A stretch of 64,000 bases of DNA from an uncultured Sphingomonas sp. (GCF_913776045.1 NZ_CAJYOI010000006.1), one strand, 5' to 3'; positions 1-9,718 are shown, numbered from the stretch's first letter. A program made the numbers and translations. Notes: generated from the sequence alone by a model not told the origin.

Positions 1-192
1 TCAGCCGATCAAAGAATTCGCGGTGGCGGTCTTCCTGTTCGGCCATGTGCGCGACCTTGCGCCCGGCCGACGTCCGGTCGCCCAGGATCGCAAGCTGCCC
101 GGCGTAGATGCGCGTCGCGCCGAATTCGCCCGCCTGGTCGACGCGAATCATCGCGTGACGCCCTTCGCGCGGGTCGCCGGGCCGCCAGCGAG

Positions 193-669
193 TCATCGCT
201 TCAAGGCCAGCAGGGCGACGACGCTGGCTCCGATCAGGGACATGATCGCGTTGAACCCGGCGAGCGAAATGCCGGCAAAGGTCCATTGGGCGACATCGCA
301 GCGAATCATCGGGGCGTTCATGATCTGGGCCAGCATGTCCTCGGGGCTTCCGGTCGGACGAACGGTCGAGGTGCAGGTCGTGATCCCTGGCCACCAGCCA
401 TATTCGACACCGGCATGGAACACGCCGATCCCGCCGCTGACCGCAATCAGCAGCGCGGCAAGCAGGACGAGCACACGGCGCGTGCCGCCTTGCGTCGCAA
501 AGGCGACCGCGGCGACGAGGATCGCGGCATAATGCGGCCAGCGCTGCCAGTGGCACATTTCACACGGATAGAGCCCGCCGATATATTGCGAGCCGAGTGC
601 GCCAGCCAACAGTGCTGCCGGGACCAGCAGCGCGAGACGGTTGGCGGTGACGAGGGAGCGTGCGGTCAT
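193..669 (-). CDS. dsbB: Disulfide bond formation protein B
   Basis: Membrane protein with YPCEMCHWQRWPH (CxxC) and second Cys pair (TTC...IRCD); start moved to ATG at 669. Confidence 0.9.
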   Translation of the reverse strand: MTARSLVTANRLALLVPAALLAGALGSQYIGGLYPCEMCHWQRWPHYAAILVAAVAFATQGGTRRVLVLLAALLIAVSGGIGVFHAGVEYGWWPGITTCTSTVRPTGSPEDMLAQIMNAPMIRCDVAQWTFAGISLAGFNAIMSLIGASVVALLALKR

Positions 670-680
670 CGACGGCAGCC

Positions 681-2024
681 TCAACGCTTGGCGGTTACCG
701 TCGGTGCCTTGGCGAGCAGCGCGCCACCCAGGCGACCGATCGTCTTCAGCGCGTAATCGAGCTGGAAGTCCTCGACGCCTGCCTTCTTCAGCGCCTCAGG
801 CGTCGCGGTGAAGCGGGGGTCGTCGATCGTGTCTTCCTCCAGCGCCTTATTGTCGACCTTGGCGGTGTTGATCAGGTGGCGGCGCAGGTCGGCCTCACGG
901 AAGACGGGCCGCGACTTGCGGTCGGGGTCGGTCAGCTGCGGCACGGCGATGTCGGGTTCGATCCCACCTTCCTGCACCGACCGGCCCGACGGCGTGTAGT
1001 AGCGCGCCGTCGTCAGGCGCAGCGCCGAGTTCTCGCTGAGCGGCAGCAAGGTCTGGACCGACCCCTTGCCGAAGCTGCGCTCACCCATCACCAGCGCGCG
1101 GTGATGGTCCTGCAGTGCGCCCGCGACGATCTCCGAGGCCGACGCGGTGCCGGCGTCGGTCAGGACGATGACCGGCAGGCCCTTCGCCAGGTCGCCGGGC
1201 TTGGCGTAATAGCGTTCGATATCGGTCTTTGCCCGCCCACGCTGCGACACGATCTCGCCGTGGTCGAGGAACACGTCGCTGACCTCGATCGCCTGGGTCA
1301 GCAGCCCGCCGCCATTGTCGCGCAGGTCGACGACATAGCCGAGCGGCGCATGGCCCAGCGACTTTTCGATCGCCATGACCGCGGCGCGCGTGTCGGCGCC
1401 GGTGTTGGCGCTGAAGGTATTGATGTTGATGATGCCGATGCCGTTCTTTACTTCCCACTTCACCGGCTTCTGTACGATGACTTCGCGGACCAGGGTGACG
1501 TCGATCGGCTTGTCGCGACCTGGGCGGATCAGGGTGATCGACACCTTGCTGCCCGGCGGCCCACGCATGCCCTGGATCGCTTCGTCCAGCGATTGGCCGT
1601 AGATCAACGTGCCGTTGATGTGGGTGATATAGTCGCCGGCCTTGATGCCGGCGCGGTACGCCGGGGTGTCCTCGGTCGGGGCGATGACCTTGACCGCGCC
1701 GTCCTCCATGCTGACGGTAAGGCCCAGACCGCCGTAATTGCCTTCGGTCGCGATGCGCATGTTGTCGAAGTCGAGCGCGTCGACATAGCTCGAATGCGGA
1801 TCGAGCGCCGCCAGCATGCCCTGGATCGCACCCTTCATCAACGTCTTGTCGTCGACCTTGTCGACATATTGCGCCTTCACCTGATTGTAGATGTCCATGA
1901 ACGTGTCGAGTTCACGGTAGGCGCCGGTATCGACCTGCGCGAGTGCGGCGGTCGTCGCGGGGACCAGCGCGATGGTGCCGAGAAGGGCGGCGGCCTGAAG
2001 GGCGGAAGCGAAGGGACGCGGCAT
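681..2024 (-). CDS. ctpA: S41 family C-terminal processing protease (signal peptide, PDZ, protease)
   Basis: Motifs LDPHSSY, GLGL, DLRDNGGGLL, TASASEIVAGALQD, SFGKGSVQ. Confidence 0.95.
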   Translation of the reverse strand: MPRPFASALQAAALLGTIALVPATTAALAQVDTGAYRELDTFMDIYNQVKAQYVDKVDDKTLMKGAIQGMLAALDPHSSYVDALDFDNMRIATEGNYGGLGLTVSMEDGAVKVIAPTEDTPAYRAGIKAGDYITHINGTLIYGQSLDEAIQGMRGPPGSKVSITLIRPGRDKPIDVTLVREVIVQKPVKWEVKNGIGIININTFSANTGADTRAAVMAIEKSLGHAPLGYVVDLRDNGGGLLTQAIEVSDVFLDHGEIVSQRGRAKTDIERYYAKPGDLAKGLPVIVLTDAGTASASEIVAGALQDHHRALVMGERSFGKGSVQTLLPLSENSALRLTTARYYTPSGRSVQEGGIEPDIAVPQLTDPDRKSRPVFREADLRRHLINTAKVDNKALEEDTIDDPRFTATPEALKKAGVEDFQLDYALKTIGRLGGALLAKAPTVTAKR

Positions 2025-2116
2025 CGATGTCCTGACGAATGGCAAGTCTGACGGGCAAGATACAGGTTTGCGAGACGCTTAGCAAAGCGCGCATGTCGAT
2101 GAACCGCGCCTGAGCG

Positions 2117-3232
2117 TCACCCGATCAACTGCGCCAGATCGACCGCCACGCCGCGGCGGCGCAACTCGACGCCGACGCGCGGCGCCTCGGCCATCGCGGC
2201 GCGCCCGATCGGCTCGCCCATCGCCACCGCCGTGCCGGGCGTCACATCGGCGGCGTCGAGACCGGTGAGCGCGCTCGACCAGCCACCCCCGTGATCGATG
2301 ATGACGACCGTGCCGTAGTCGCGGAAACGACGGGCGAAGACGATGCGCCCCTTGGCCGGCGCGACGACCGGGGCACCCGCCGCGACCGCGAATCTCAGGC
2401 CGCGCGAGCGTACGCCGGTGTCGGACAGTTCGCCCAAGCCTTCCACGATGCGACCGCGAACAGGCAGGCGATAGGGCGGGACGGCAAAGGCCGGGGCGGG
2501 CGACGTGTCGCCTGGGCGGGGCAGCGGGCCGCCAAGGTTGGCGAGCGACGTGCGGACGTCGGCCGCCGCGGCGCTTTCGGCCATCATGCCCGCCAGATCG
2601 CGCGCGCGTTCGCCGAGCGCGATCGCCTGCTCGCTTGTCGTTCCGCCGGTGCCGGCGCCGCGGCCGCGTTCCTCTGCCTGCAACCGGGCGAGCATGAGAC
2701 GGCCCGACTGGAGCCGGGCGTTCGCCTCGGCCAGCGCGGCGGCGGCTTCGGCCGCTTCGGCGCGGAGAGCGCGAGTCTGAGCGAGTTCGAGCCGCAGCGC
2801 CTGCGTCCGCGCATGGATGACGGGCAGCATAGTGCCGAGCAGGGCGCGGGCGTGGACGATGTCGCCGGTAGATCCCGGCTGCATGACCGCAAGCACAGCG
2901 GGGCGTCGCGAGAGCGATTGGACGGCGGCGACGAGCTTCGCGGCGGGTTGCTGACGCTCGGCGAGGCGCGCGCCTTCCGCTGCCAGCCGCTGATCGGTCA
3001 GAGCGATGCGCGCCTTCGATGCGGCGATGGCGGCTTCTGCAGCACGGATCCTGGCCTCGATCGCGGCCAAGCGCAGGCGGCTGCGGCCGGCGGCGTCGGG
3101 TTCGGCATCGGCCTGTCGCTCGAGCGCGGCGGCACGATCCGCCGCCGCCGCGGCTATGCGATCGGCGCGTGGCGCATCGACCGCGCCCAGCAGCATCACG
3201 GCCGCGACTGCGAAGGCGAGCCTAGCCCTCAC
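2117..3232 (-). CDS. envC: Murein hydrolase activator EnvC family (coiled coil + degenerate M23/LytM)
   Basis: Signal peptide, Ala-rich coiled coil, C-terminal APAKGRIVFA..YGTVVIIDHGGG; upstream of ctpA. Confidence 0.8.
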   Translation of the reverse strand: MRARLAFAVAAVMLLGAVDAPRADRIAAAAADRAAALERQADAEPDAAGRSRLRLAAIEARIRAAEAAIAASKARIALTDQRLAAEGARLAERQQPAAKLVAAVQSLSRRPAVLAVMQPGSTGDIVHARALLGTMLPVIHARTQALRLELAQTRALRAEAAEAAAALAEANARLQSGRLMLARLQAEERGRGAGTGGTTSEQAIALGERARDLAGMMAESAAAADVRTSLANLGGPLPRPGDTSPAPAFAVPPYRLPVRGRIVEGLGELSDTGVRSRGLRFAVAAGAPVVAPAKGRIVFARRFRDYGTVVIIDHGGGWSSALTGLDAADVTPGTAVAMGEPIGRAAMAEAPRVGVELRRRGVAVDLAQLIG

Positions 3233-3641
3233 GGTGGTAGGGGTGCCCCGACAGGATCGCGGTCGCGCGCCACAATTGCTCGGCCAGCATCGCCCGCGCC
3301 AGCATATGCGGCCAAGTCAGCCGCCCGAAGGAGAGCAGCATGTCGGCCTGCGCGCGCTGGGCGTCGTCGAAACCGTCTGCGGCACCGATCAGGAAACGAC
3401 ATTCGCGCACGCCATTGTCGCGCCACCGCCCGATCCTTTGGGCGAAGGCGACCGATCCGGGCGTCTCCCCCGTTTCGTCGAGCATCACGATCTTCGCGCC
3501 GGCGGGGTCCGGCATCTTGCCGCCGATGTCGGGCAGCTCGGTGACCTTCACTGGCCAGCCGATCCGCTTCAGATAGCGATCGACCAGCTCCCCTTCCGGA
3601 CTCCGGCCGATCCGCCCGCGCGCGACGATGTGGAGGAGCAT
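3222..3641 (-). CDS. rlmH: 23S rRNA (pseudouridine1915-N3)-methyltransferase
   Basis: SPOUT motifs FLIGAADG, LSFGRLTWPHMLARAMLAEQLWRA..ILSGHPYHR; start ATG 3641 overlaps upstream TAA. Confidence 0.95.
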   Translation of the reverse strand: MLLHIVARGRIGRSPEGELVDRYLKRIGWPVKVTELPDIGGKMPDPAGAKIVMLDETGETPGSVAFAQRIGRWRDNGVRECRFLIGAADGFDDAQRAQADMLLSFGRLTWPHMLARAMLAEQLWRATAILSGHPYHREG

Positions 3642-4060
3642 TAGCGCAACTCGCCGCGTCGGTAAGGTCGGTGACGTCCGATGGCCCACGCGGCGTCGTG
3701 CGGCAGGCGCGTTTCGAATCGCCGATATTCGTCCGCCGCCTCGCGATCTCCGGCATCGCCCGCACGCCTTAGCCAGATCCGATATTGCGCGAGCCGACCG
3801 CGGTTGAACGCGTCGATCGCGCGGTTGTAAGCTGCGGTGGAACTGCCGCGCCGCCAGGCAAGCCTGTACATGCGATCTGCGTTGAATTGCGACGTCGCGC
3901 TTTCATCATCAGCGAGCAAAGTTAGCGCCTCAGGCATGTGGGCGTGGGCGAGACGACGGATTACTGGTCGCCAAAACCCGTTCGCCCGCCCCTCATAAAT
4001 CGCGATTGCCCGACGATAGGCACGATCCTGCCACGCATGTCTCTCGGGCTGGGCCAGCAA
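3641..4060 (-). CDS. Hypothetical protein with Sel1-like repeat
   Basis: 139-aa ORF, AGGAGG RBS before TTG, stop coupled to rlmH start; YRIWLRRAGDAGDREAA resembles Sel1 (W.R.AA..GD..A). Confidence 0.65.
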   Translation of the reverse strand: MLAQPERHAWQDRAYRRAIAIYEGRANGFWRPVIRRLAHAHMPEALTLLADDESATSQFNADRMYRLAWRRGSSTAAYNRAIDAFNRGRLAQYRIWLRRAGDAGDREAADEYRRFETRLPHDAAWAIGRHRPYRRGELR

Positions 4061-4069
4061 CGAGCCTCC

Positions 4070-4462
4070 TCAGTTCAGCTCAGCTGCCGGCGTGTCGAAG
4101 CCCCACATGCGTTCCAGATTGTAGAAGGTGCGCACTTCGGGGCGGAACAGGTGGATGATGACGTCGCCGGCGTCGATCAGCACCCAGTCGGCGTTCGGCA
4201 GGCCTTCGATCCGTGCGGTGCGGCGGAACTCGGTCTTGATCTTCTCGGCCAGCTTGTTCGCCATCGACGCGACCTGGCGGGTCGAGCGGCCCGAAGCGAC
4301 GACCATATAGTCCGCGATCGACGATTTGCCGGCTAGCGGAATCGAGACGGTATCGACCGCCTGATCGTCCTCCAGGCTCGACAGGATCAATGCATGCAAC
4401 GCCTCCGCGCTGTCGGCATCGGCCGACGGGCTGTGGGGGGCGGCGGTGGGGGTAGTGGCCAA
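4070..4462 (-). CDS. rsfS: Ribosome silencing factor
   Basis: IADYMVVASGRSTRQV, WVLIDAGDVIIHLFRPEVRTFYNLERMW; likely TTG start after GGAG. Confidence 0.95.
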   Translation of the reverse strand: MATTPTAAPHSPSADADSAEALHALILSSLEDDQAVDTVSIPLAGKSSIADYMVVASGRSTRQVASMANKLAEKIKTEFRRTARIEGLPNADWVLIDAGDVIIHLFRPEVRTFYNLERMWGFDTPAAELN

Positions 4463-4464
4463 GA

Positions 4465-5097
4465 TTACTCCAGTGTCGGATTGGGGCGCCATGCGGGCGA
4501 TGTGGGATGCGCATAGGCCAGATGCCAGTCCGGCGAGGCGGCGCGCACCGCGGTTGCGGAGGTCGGATCGGGGCGGAAGCGCAAGAGCACGAGCGCCGGC
4601 GGACTCCATTCGGTCCAGTGTTTCGCGTGTGACGTCGGTCGCCGGAAGCGCCTGAGCCACGCCATCGCCGGACCCGCGAGGGCATCGCCATCATACCCCG
4701 GACGCGCGATGACCGCAATCGGCATCTCCCGCGCGATCGCCCGCCACGCCCGCCAGCGGTGGAATCCGGCGAGATTATCGGCGCCCATCAGCCAGATGAA
4801 GTCGGTGTGCGGATAGCGCCGCTGGAGCGCCCGCAGTGTGTCGATCGTGTAGCGCGTGCCGAGCTTCGCCTCGATCGCGGTCGCCCGGATGGGGGCGTGC
4901 CGCGTCATCCTGCGGGCGGAGGCCAGCCGCGCGGCTAACGGCGCCATATCGGTCGCGCCGGCCTTCAGAGGGTTACCGGGCGACACCAGCCACCACGCCT
5001 CATCCAGCCCCAGCGCGCGAACGGCGGCGAGCGTGATCGCCCGGTGCCCACGGTGGGCGGGGTTGAACGACCCGCCGAGCAGGCCGATGCGGGTCAT
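4465..5097 (-). CDS. nadD: Nicotinate-nucleotide adenylyltransferase
   Basis: GLLGGSFNPAHRGH, WLVSPGNPLK, WLMGADNL. Confidence 0.95.
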   Translation of the reverse strand: MTRIGLLGGSFNPAHRGHRAITLAAVRALGLDEAWWLVSPGNPLKAGATDMAPLAARLASARRMTRHAPIRATAIEAKLGTRYTIDTLRALQRRYPHTDFIWLMGADNLAGFHRWRAWRAIAREMPIAVIARPGYDGDALAGPAMAWLRRFRRPTSHAKHWTEWSPPALVLLRFRPDPTSATAVRAASPDWHLAYAHPTSPAWRPNPTLE

Positions 5098-5363
5098 GCG
5101 CCTGCCTGATTGCGAGAGGCGTGAAGCACGCGCAGGATGCGCACCTCGGCGGCCGTGACGCGATAGTGCAGCACATAGCGTGTTTTAGGGACGCGCCACT
5201 TTCGACGCCCGCTTGCGATTTCAGGGCCGGCGTAGGGAATGTCTTCTGGAACCAGGCCGGCTGCGACGATCCGTTCGGCCAACACTTTGGCCAACGCCGG
5301 ATCGTCGGCGTGGATCGATTGAACGTCGCGGCGAGCGAGCGATGCATAGCGAACCGGGCGCAT
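5094..5363 (-). CDS. Type II TA toxin, RelE/ParE family
   Basis: 89 aa, basic, ARRD..I N-terminus, YVLHYRV...VRILRVLHASR C-terminus; follows antitoxin. Confidence 0.8.
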   Translation of the reverse strand: MRPVRYASLARRDVQSIHADDPALAKVLAERIVAAGLVPEDIPYAGPEIASGRRKWRVPKTRYVLHYRVTAAEVRILRVLHASRNQAGA

Positions 5364-5366
5364 GGA

Positions 5367-5612
5367 TCAGCGGCCCGACGGCAGGCTGGCGACCCAGGCC
5401 TTCATTTCCTCCTGCGTGTAGAACTCACCCCGATCGATCTGCCGGTCGGCTTCGTCGAGCGACTCCGCCAGCGCCGCTTCGTCCTCGGCAAACCAATGAA
5501 TTGCTTCGGCGACATAGGCTGCGACGGACGTCCCGCGCTCCGATGCCAGGCGTTCGACGAGCGCCGAGGTTTCGGGATCGAGGAGATCGCTGATCTTCAT
5601 CGGCGCGTTCAT
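5367..5612 (-). CDS. Type II TA antitoxin, CopG/RHH-like with acidic C-terminus
   Basis: 81 aa, LVERLASERGTSVAAYVAEAI (RHH helices), ESLDEADRQIDRGEFYTQEEM tail typical of ParE partners. Confidence 0.75.
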   Translation of the reverse strand: MNAPMKISDLLDPETSALVERLASERGTSVAAYVAEAIHWFAEDEAALAESLDEADRQIDRGEFYTQEEMKAWVASLPSGR

Positions 5613-5618
5613 GGATTC

Positions 5619-5647
5619 AGCCTACGCTCGCGCCTCGACCGCATCAA
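5619..5647 (-). promoter_or_regulatory. sigma70-type promoter of the TA pair (likely leaderless mRNA)
   Basis: TTGATG-N17-TAGGCT, -10 ends 6 nt before the antitoxin ATG. Confidence 0.55.
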
Positions 5648-5660
5648 GTCACGGCGGCGA

Positions 5661-6908
5661 TCAGCCACGGATCTGGCCCGTCCCGCGCCCGATCCATTTA
5701 TACGTCGTCAGCCCCTCCAGCGCGACGGGCCCGCGGGCGTGGAGTCGGCCGGTCGAAATCCCGATCTCCGCGCCCAGCCCGAATTCGCCGCCATCGGCGA
5801 ACTGCGTCGAGGCGTTCCACAGCACGATCGCCGAATCGACGCGGGTGAGGAAGGACTCGGCGACGCCCGCATCCTCGGTAACGATCGCGTCGGTGTGGTG
5901 CGATCCGTGCGCGTCGATGTGCGCGATGACGTCGTCGAGCCCCTCGACCAGAGCGACCGAAGCTATGGCGTCGAGATATTCTGTGTCCCAGTCCGCATCG
6001 TTCGCCGCGGCATAGCCAAGCGCCGCCACATCGGCATCGCCGCGCACTTCGCATCCCGCGGCATCAAGCGCGGCGATCAGCGCGTCGCGGTGCGGCCAGT
6101 CGCGGTGGATCAGCAACGTCTCCATCGCGCCGCAGACGCCGGTGCGGCGCAGCTTGGCGTCGATCACGATCCGCTTCGCCATCTCGAAATCGGCGGCGAG
6201 ATCGACATAGACGTGGTTGATGCCGTCGAGGTGGGCGAGCACCGGCACCCGCGCCTCGTCCTGCACACGTGCGACCAGGCTCTTGCCGCCGCGGGGGATG
6301 ACCAGGTCGAGCAACCCTTCGGCGCGCAGCATCGCGCCGACCGCGGCGCGATCGGTGGTCGGGACCAGCTGGATCGCATCGGCCGGCAGGCCGCCTGCGA
6401 CCAGCCCCGCAGCCAGCGCGACATGGATCGCGGCATTGCTCTTCACCGCTTCCGACCCGCCGCGCAGGATGGCGGCGTTGCCCGACATCACCGCGAGCAC
6501 GCCGGCGTCCGCCGTCACGTTCGGGCGGCTTTCGTAGACGATGCCGATGACGCCGATCGGCACGCGGACGCGCGACAGGCGCAGGCCATTGGGGCGCGTG
6601 TCGTCAGAAATGACCGTCCCGACCGGATCAGGGAGCCCCGCGACCGCATCGACCCCATCAGCGATCTGCGCGACACGCGCGTCGTCGAGCCGCAGCCGGT
6701 CGAGCATTGCGCCGCTCAGGCCCCGGGCGAGTCCCGCTGCCATATCCTCGGCATTCGCGGTGACGATCGTCGCGCTTGCATCGCGGATCGCCTGCGCGGC
6801 CAGACGCAGTGCGGCGGCCTTCGTTTCGGACGGCATCCCCGCCAGCACGGTGGCGGCGGCGCGGGCGCAGTGGCCCATGTCTGCGATCAGCGTATCGACC
6901 TCGATCAT
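5661..6908 (-). CDS. proA: Gamma-glutamyl phosphate reductase
   Basis: VPIGVIGIVYESRPNVT, GVCGAMETLL, NASTQFADGGEFGLGAEIGISTGRLHARGP. Confidence 0.97.
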   Translation of the reverse strand: MIEVDTLIADMGHCARAAATVLAGMPSETKAAALRLAAQAIRDASATIVTANAEDMAAGLARGLSGAMLDRLRLDDARVAQIADGVDAVAGLPDPVGTVISDDTRPNGLRLSRVRVPIGVIGIVYESRPNVTADAGVLAVMSGNAAILRGGSEAVKSNAAIHVALAAGLVAGGLPADAIQLVPTTDRAAVGAMLRAEGLLDLVIPRGGKSLVARVQDEARVPVLAHLDGINHVYVDLAADFEMAKRIVIDAKLRRTGVCGAMETLLIHRDWPHRDALIAALDAAGCEVRGDADVAALGYAAANDADWDTEYLDAIASVALVEGLDDVIAHIDAHGSHHTDAIVTEDAGVAESFLTRVDSAIVLWNASTQFADGGEFGLGAEIGISTGRLHARGPVALEGLTTYKWIGRGTGQIRG

Positions 6909-6957
6909 GGTCGCGCCCGGTAGCATGGGGCGCGGCAAGCTGATAGCGTCGCGCGTC

Positions 6958-8070
6958 ATGGGGGAAGTCGACGCAGCGGGCGATATCGTGACCGGGGGGC
7001 TGATGGCGCGCGCCGTCGAGCCGGGGGCAGGGGGACATGGTGGCGATGGCCACGGGGCGTGCGCCAATTGCGGCGCGGCGCTGATTGGTAGCCACTGTCA
7101 CGCCTGCGGCCAGGCGGCGCACGTGCACCGGACGCTCGGTGCCTATGGCCACGACCTGCTCCACGGCGTCTTCCATTTCGAAGGCAAGATCTGGGCGACG
7201 CTGCCGATGCTGGCGCTGAAGCCCGGCGAGCTGACGCGGCGCTACATCGCGGGCGAACGCGCGAAGTTCGTGTCGCCGATCGCACTGTTCCTGTTCTCGG
7301 TCTTCCTGATGTTCGCGATCGTCGCCAATCTGCCGGGCTGGAAGTTCGGGGGCGACGAATGGCTGAAGCCGGGGCTGACCGGCGGCATGGCACAGGCGCG
7401 CGAGAAGCTGGTCGAACAGCGCAAGGCCGCCGATGAGGCGATCGTCGACCTGTCGGCGGAGATCAAGGCCGAACAGGCGGACGCCGAGCCCGATGCGAAC
7501 AAGATCGCGCGGTTGCAAAGGAAGCTTACCGAAACAGTAGAAAGCCGCCGCGGCCTGAGGCACGCTGAAAATATCCTTCCAGCGCCGACCGCGAATGGCG
7601 ACGACTTCGACGTCAAGGCCGCGCAAGGGTCGCCGGGCGGCAGCTGGCTGGTCGCGAAGTGGAACCACATCCGCGAAAACCCGAAGCTGACGCTCTACAA
7701 GATCAAGACATCGGCCTATAAATTCAGCTGGGCGCTGATCCCGATCTCGCTGCCCTTTCTGTGGCTGCTGTTTCCCTTCCGCCGCGACGTCGGATTGTAT
7801 GATCACGCGATCTTCGCGACCTATTCGCTGACCTTCATGTCGCTGCTTGTCATCGTTCTGGCGGTGCTGGGCGCGGTCGGCCTGCCATCGTGGCTGATCG
7901 TGCTGGCGGCTTTCGCCATCCCGCCGTTCCATATGTATCGTCAGCTGAAGGGCGCTTATGGGTTGAGCCGCGGCGGTGCTGTGTGGCGGCTGGCGTGGCT
8001 GTTGTTTTTCATCACGATGACGACGACGCTCTTCGTCATGCTGCTACTGTATCTCGGGGCGGCGGATTAG
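6958..8070 (+). CDS. DUF3667-like membrane protein with N-terminal zinc ribbon
   Basis: CANCGAALIGSHCHACGQ, KPGELTRRYIAGERAKFVSPIALFLF, C-terminal TM helices. Confidence 0.8.
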   Translation: MGEVDAAGDIVTGGLMARAVEPGAGGHGGDGHGACANCGAALIGSHCHACGQAAHVHRTLGAYGHDLLHGVFHFEGKIWATLPMLALKPGELTRRYIAGERAKFVSPIALFLFSVFLMFAIVANLPGWKFGGDEWLKPGLTGGMAQAREKLVEQRKAADEAIVDLSAEIKAEQADAEPDANKIARLQRKLTETVESRRGLRHAENILPAPTANGDDFDVKAAQGSPGGSWLVAKWNHIRENPKLTLYKIKTSAYKFSWALIPISLPFLWLLFPFRRDVGLYDHAIFATYSLTFMSLLVIVLAVLGAVGLPSWLIVLAAFAIPPFHMYRQLKGAYGLSRGGAVWRLAWLLFFITMTTTLFVMLLLYLGAAD

Positions 8071-8711
8071 TCCTGGGCGATCCGAATCGCGGCGCCAGCA
8101 ACGAACGGCGCGCCGGCGACGAGGATCAGGCTGACCGCGCCGAGCAGCTTGAGCGCGCTTCCCGCCCCATCGGACAAAGCGCCCGCGCCGAAGATCACGA
8201 TCGGGATCGCCAGCGGCAGCATGACGAGCCCGGCGATCGCGCCGCCCCCGCGAAGTCCCGCCACTAGCGCGCCCGTTGCGACAGCCAGCGCGGCGAGGCC
8301 CGGCGTGCCGATCAGCAGGCCGATCTCGATCCGCAGCAACGTCTCGCCCGACATCCCGAGCAACCCGGCCGCGGCGACGCTCGCCAGCATCAGCGGTGGC
8401 GCAAAGCCTGACCAATGACCGGTCAGCTTCGCCGCGGCGACCAGCGGCATCGGCACCCCGCGGACCGCCAGCTGATCAAGCGTACCCCCATCGAGATCGG
8501 GCGCGATCAGCCGCTCGACCGGCAACAGCGCGGCGAGCAGCGCGGCGGCCCACACCACGCCGCCGCCGACACGGGCGAGCAGCGCGGCATCGGGGCCGAT
8601 CGCGAAGGGAAAGAGAATCGCGACCAGCAGAAAGAACCCGATCGGCAGCCACAGCCCGCCCGAACTCCACGCACGGCGGACCTCACGCCAGGCAATGGCG
8701 GCGACGATCAC
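8067..8711 (-). CDS. ccmB: Heme exporter membrane subunit
   Basis: Six-TM protein, LFPFAIGPD..LL, DLDGGTLDQL, LPLAIPIVIFG; coupled to ccmA. Confidence 0.9.
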   Translation of the reverse strand: MIVAAIAWREVRRAWSSGGLWLPIGFFLLVAILFPFAIGPDAALLARVGGGVVWAAALLAALLPVERLIAPDLDGGTLDQLAVRGVPMPLVAAAKLTGHWSGFAPPLMLASVAAAGLLGMSGETLLRIEIGLLIGTPGLAALAVATGALVAGLRGGGAIAGLVMLPLAIPIVIFGAGALSDGAGSALKLLGAVSLILVAGAPFVAGAAIRIAQD

Positions 8712-9274
8712 AGCGCCACCGCGAGCGCGCTCGGCAGCGCGAGGGGAAGGTGGGTCGCGACCATTACGATGCCGCCGTCCGTGCGGTGACGCGCGATCAG
8801 CCGTTCGAGCAGCGCCAGCGACCCGGTGTCGAGCCCGTTGGCGGGTTCGTCGAGCAGCCAGATCGCCGCACCGCTCGCGATCGTCCGTGCGATCAGTGCA
8901 CGCCGGCGCTGGCCGGTCGACAGCAGCCGGACGGGCACGTCACCCAGCGTGTCGAGCCCGACATCGGCCAGTGCCTCCGGCACCGCGCCGGCCCGGCCGT
9001 CGATCCGCGCCCACCAGCCGAGCGCATCGGCCAGCGGCAATTCGCCGTCGAGTCCGGCGCTTTCCGCCATCAGGGCCACGTCGCCATTGCGTGCGACCCG
9101 ACCCGCGGCGGGGGTCAGCAACCCGGCAGCGATCCGCAGCAGGCTCGACTTGCCGACGCCGTTCGGCCCGGTGACCACCGCCGCCTGACCCGCCTCCAGC
9201 GTCAGGGAGAGCCCCTCGAGCAGCTTCCGCCCGCCGCGCAGGCAGGTGACGTCGGCGAGCGCCAGCCGGGTCAC
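8708..9274 (-). CDS. ccmA: Heme exporter ATP-binding subunit
   Basis: Walker A GPNGVGKS, signature LSTGQRRR, Walker B WLLDEP; GTG start overlapping upstream stop. Confidence 0.9.
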   Translation of the reverse strand: MTRLALADVTCLRGGRKLLEGLSLTLEAGQAAVVTGPNGVGKSSLLRIAAGLLTPAAGRVARNGDVALMAESAGLDGELPLADALGWWARIDGRAGAVPEALADVGLDTLGDVPVRLLSTGQRRRALIARTIASGAAIWLLDEPANGLDTGSLALLERLIARHRTDGGIVMVATHLPLALPSALAVAL

Positions 9275-9669
9275 GCCGCCGCTTCGAGCGCGTGCATGTC
9301 CTCGTCGCTCAGCCCGAAATGATGGCCGACTTCGTGGACGACGATGTGATGCACCAAAGTTGCCAGATCGACCCCGGTCGCGACCCATTCGTCGAGGATC
9401 GCGCGGCGATAGAGGTGGATGCGGTCGGGCAGGGTGACGCCGTCGAAGGCCGACTTCTCTCCGACCGGGCGGCCGTGGTACAGGCCGGTCAGCTCGTACG
9501 GATCCTCTATCCTCAGCGCATCAAGCGTTTCGTCGTCGGCCCAATCCTCGATCAACAAGACGACGTCGATCAGATGCTCGGCGAACGGTGCGGGGATGCG
9601 CGCCAGGCTGGCACGCGCCAGCGCCTCGATCTCGTCTGCGCCCGGTGCGATCCGCTCTTGCCCGTCCAT
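9271..9669 (-). CDS. Zincin-like metallopeptidase family protein (DUF1025/Zincin_1 type)
   Basis: [28 protein letters not shown] (HExxH); start could be 9687. Confidence 0.85.
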   Translation of the reverse strand: MDGQERIAPGADEIEALARASLARIPAPFAEHLIDVVLLIEDWADDETLDALRIEDPYELTGLYHGRPVGEKSAFDGVTLPDRIHLYRRAILDEWVATGVDLATLVHHIVVHEVGHHFGLSDEDMHALEAAA

Positions 9670-9718
9670 GGGGAGCGACATAGGCATGGGGCTACGCCAA
9701 GGGCAAGGACGAGGGGTT

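Noticed and set aside
4463-4660. Long N-terminal extension of RsfS in the ORF track (similar extensions for proA, flgL, flgB, ftsX, ydcF, ccmA)
   Set aside because: Overlaps neighbouring genes; downstream starts with RBS or coupling fit the families better
8067-9274. ccmAB without ccmC/D
   Set aside because: Split ccm loci are common in alphaproteobacteria
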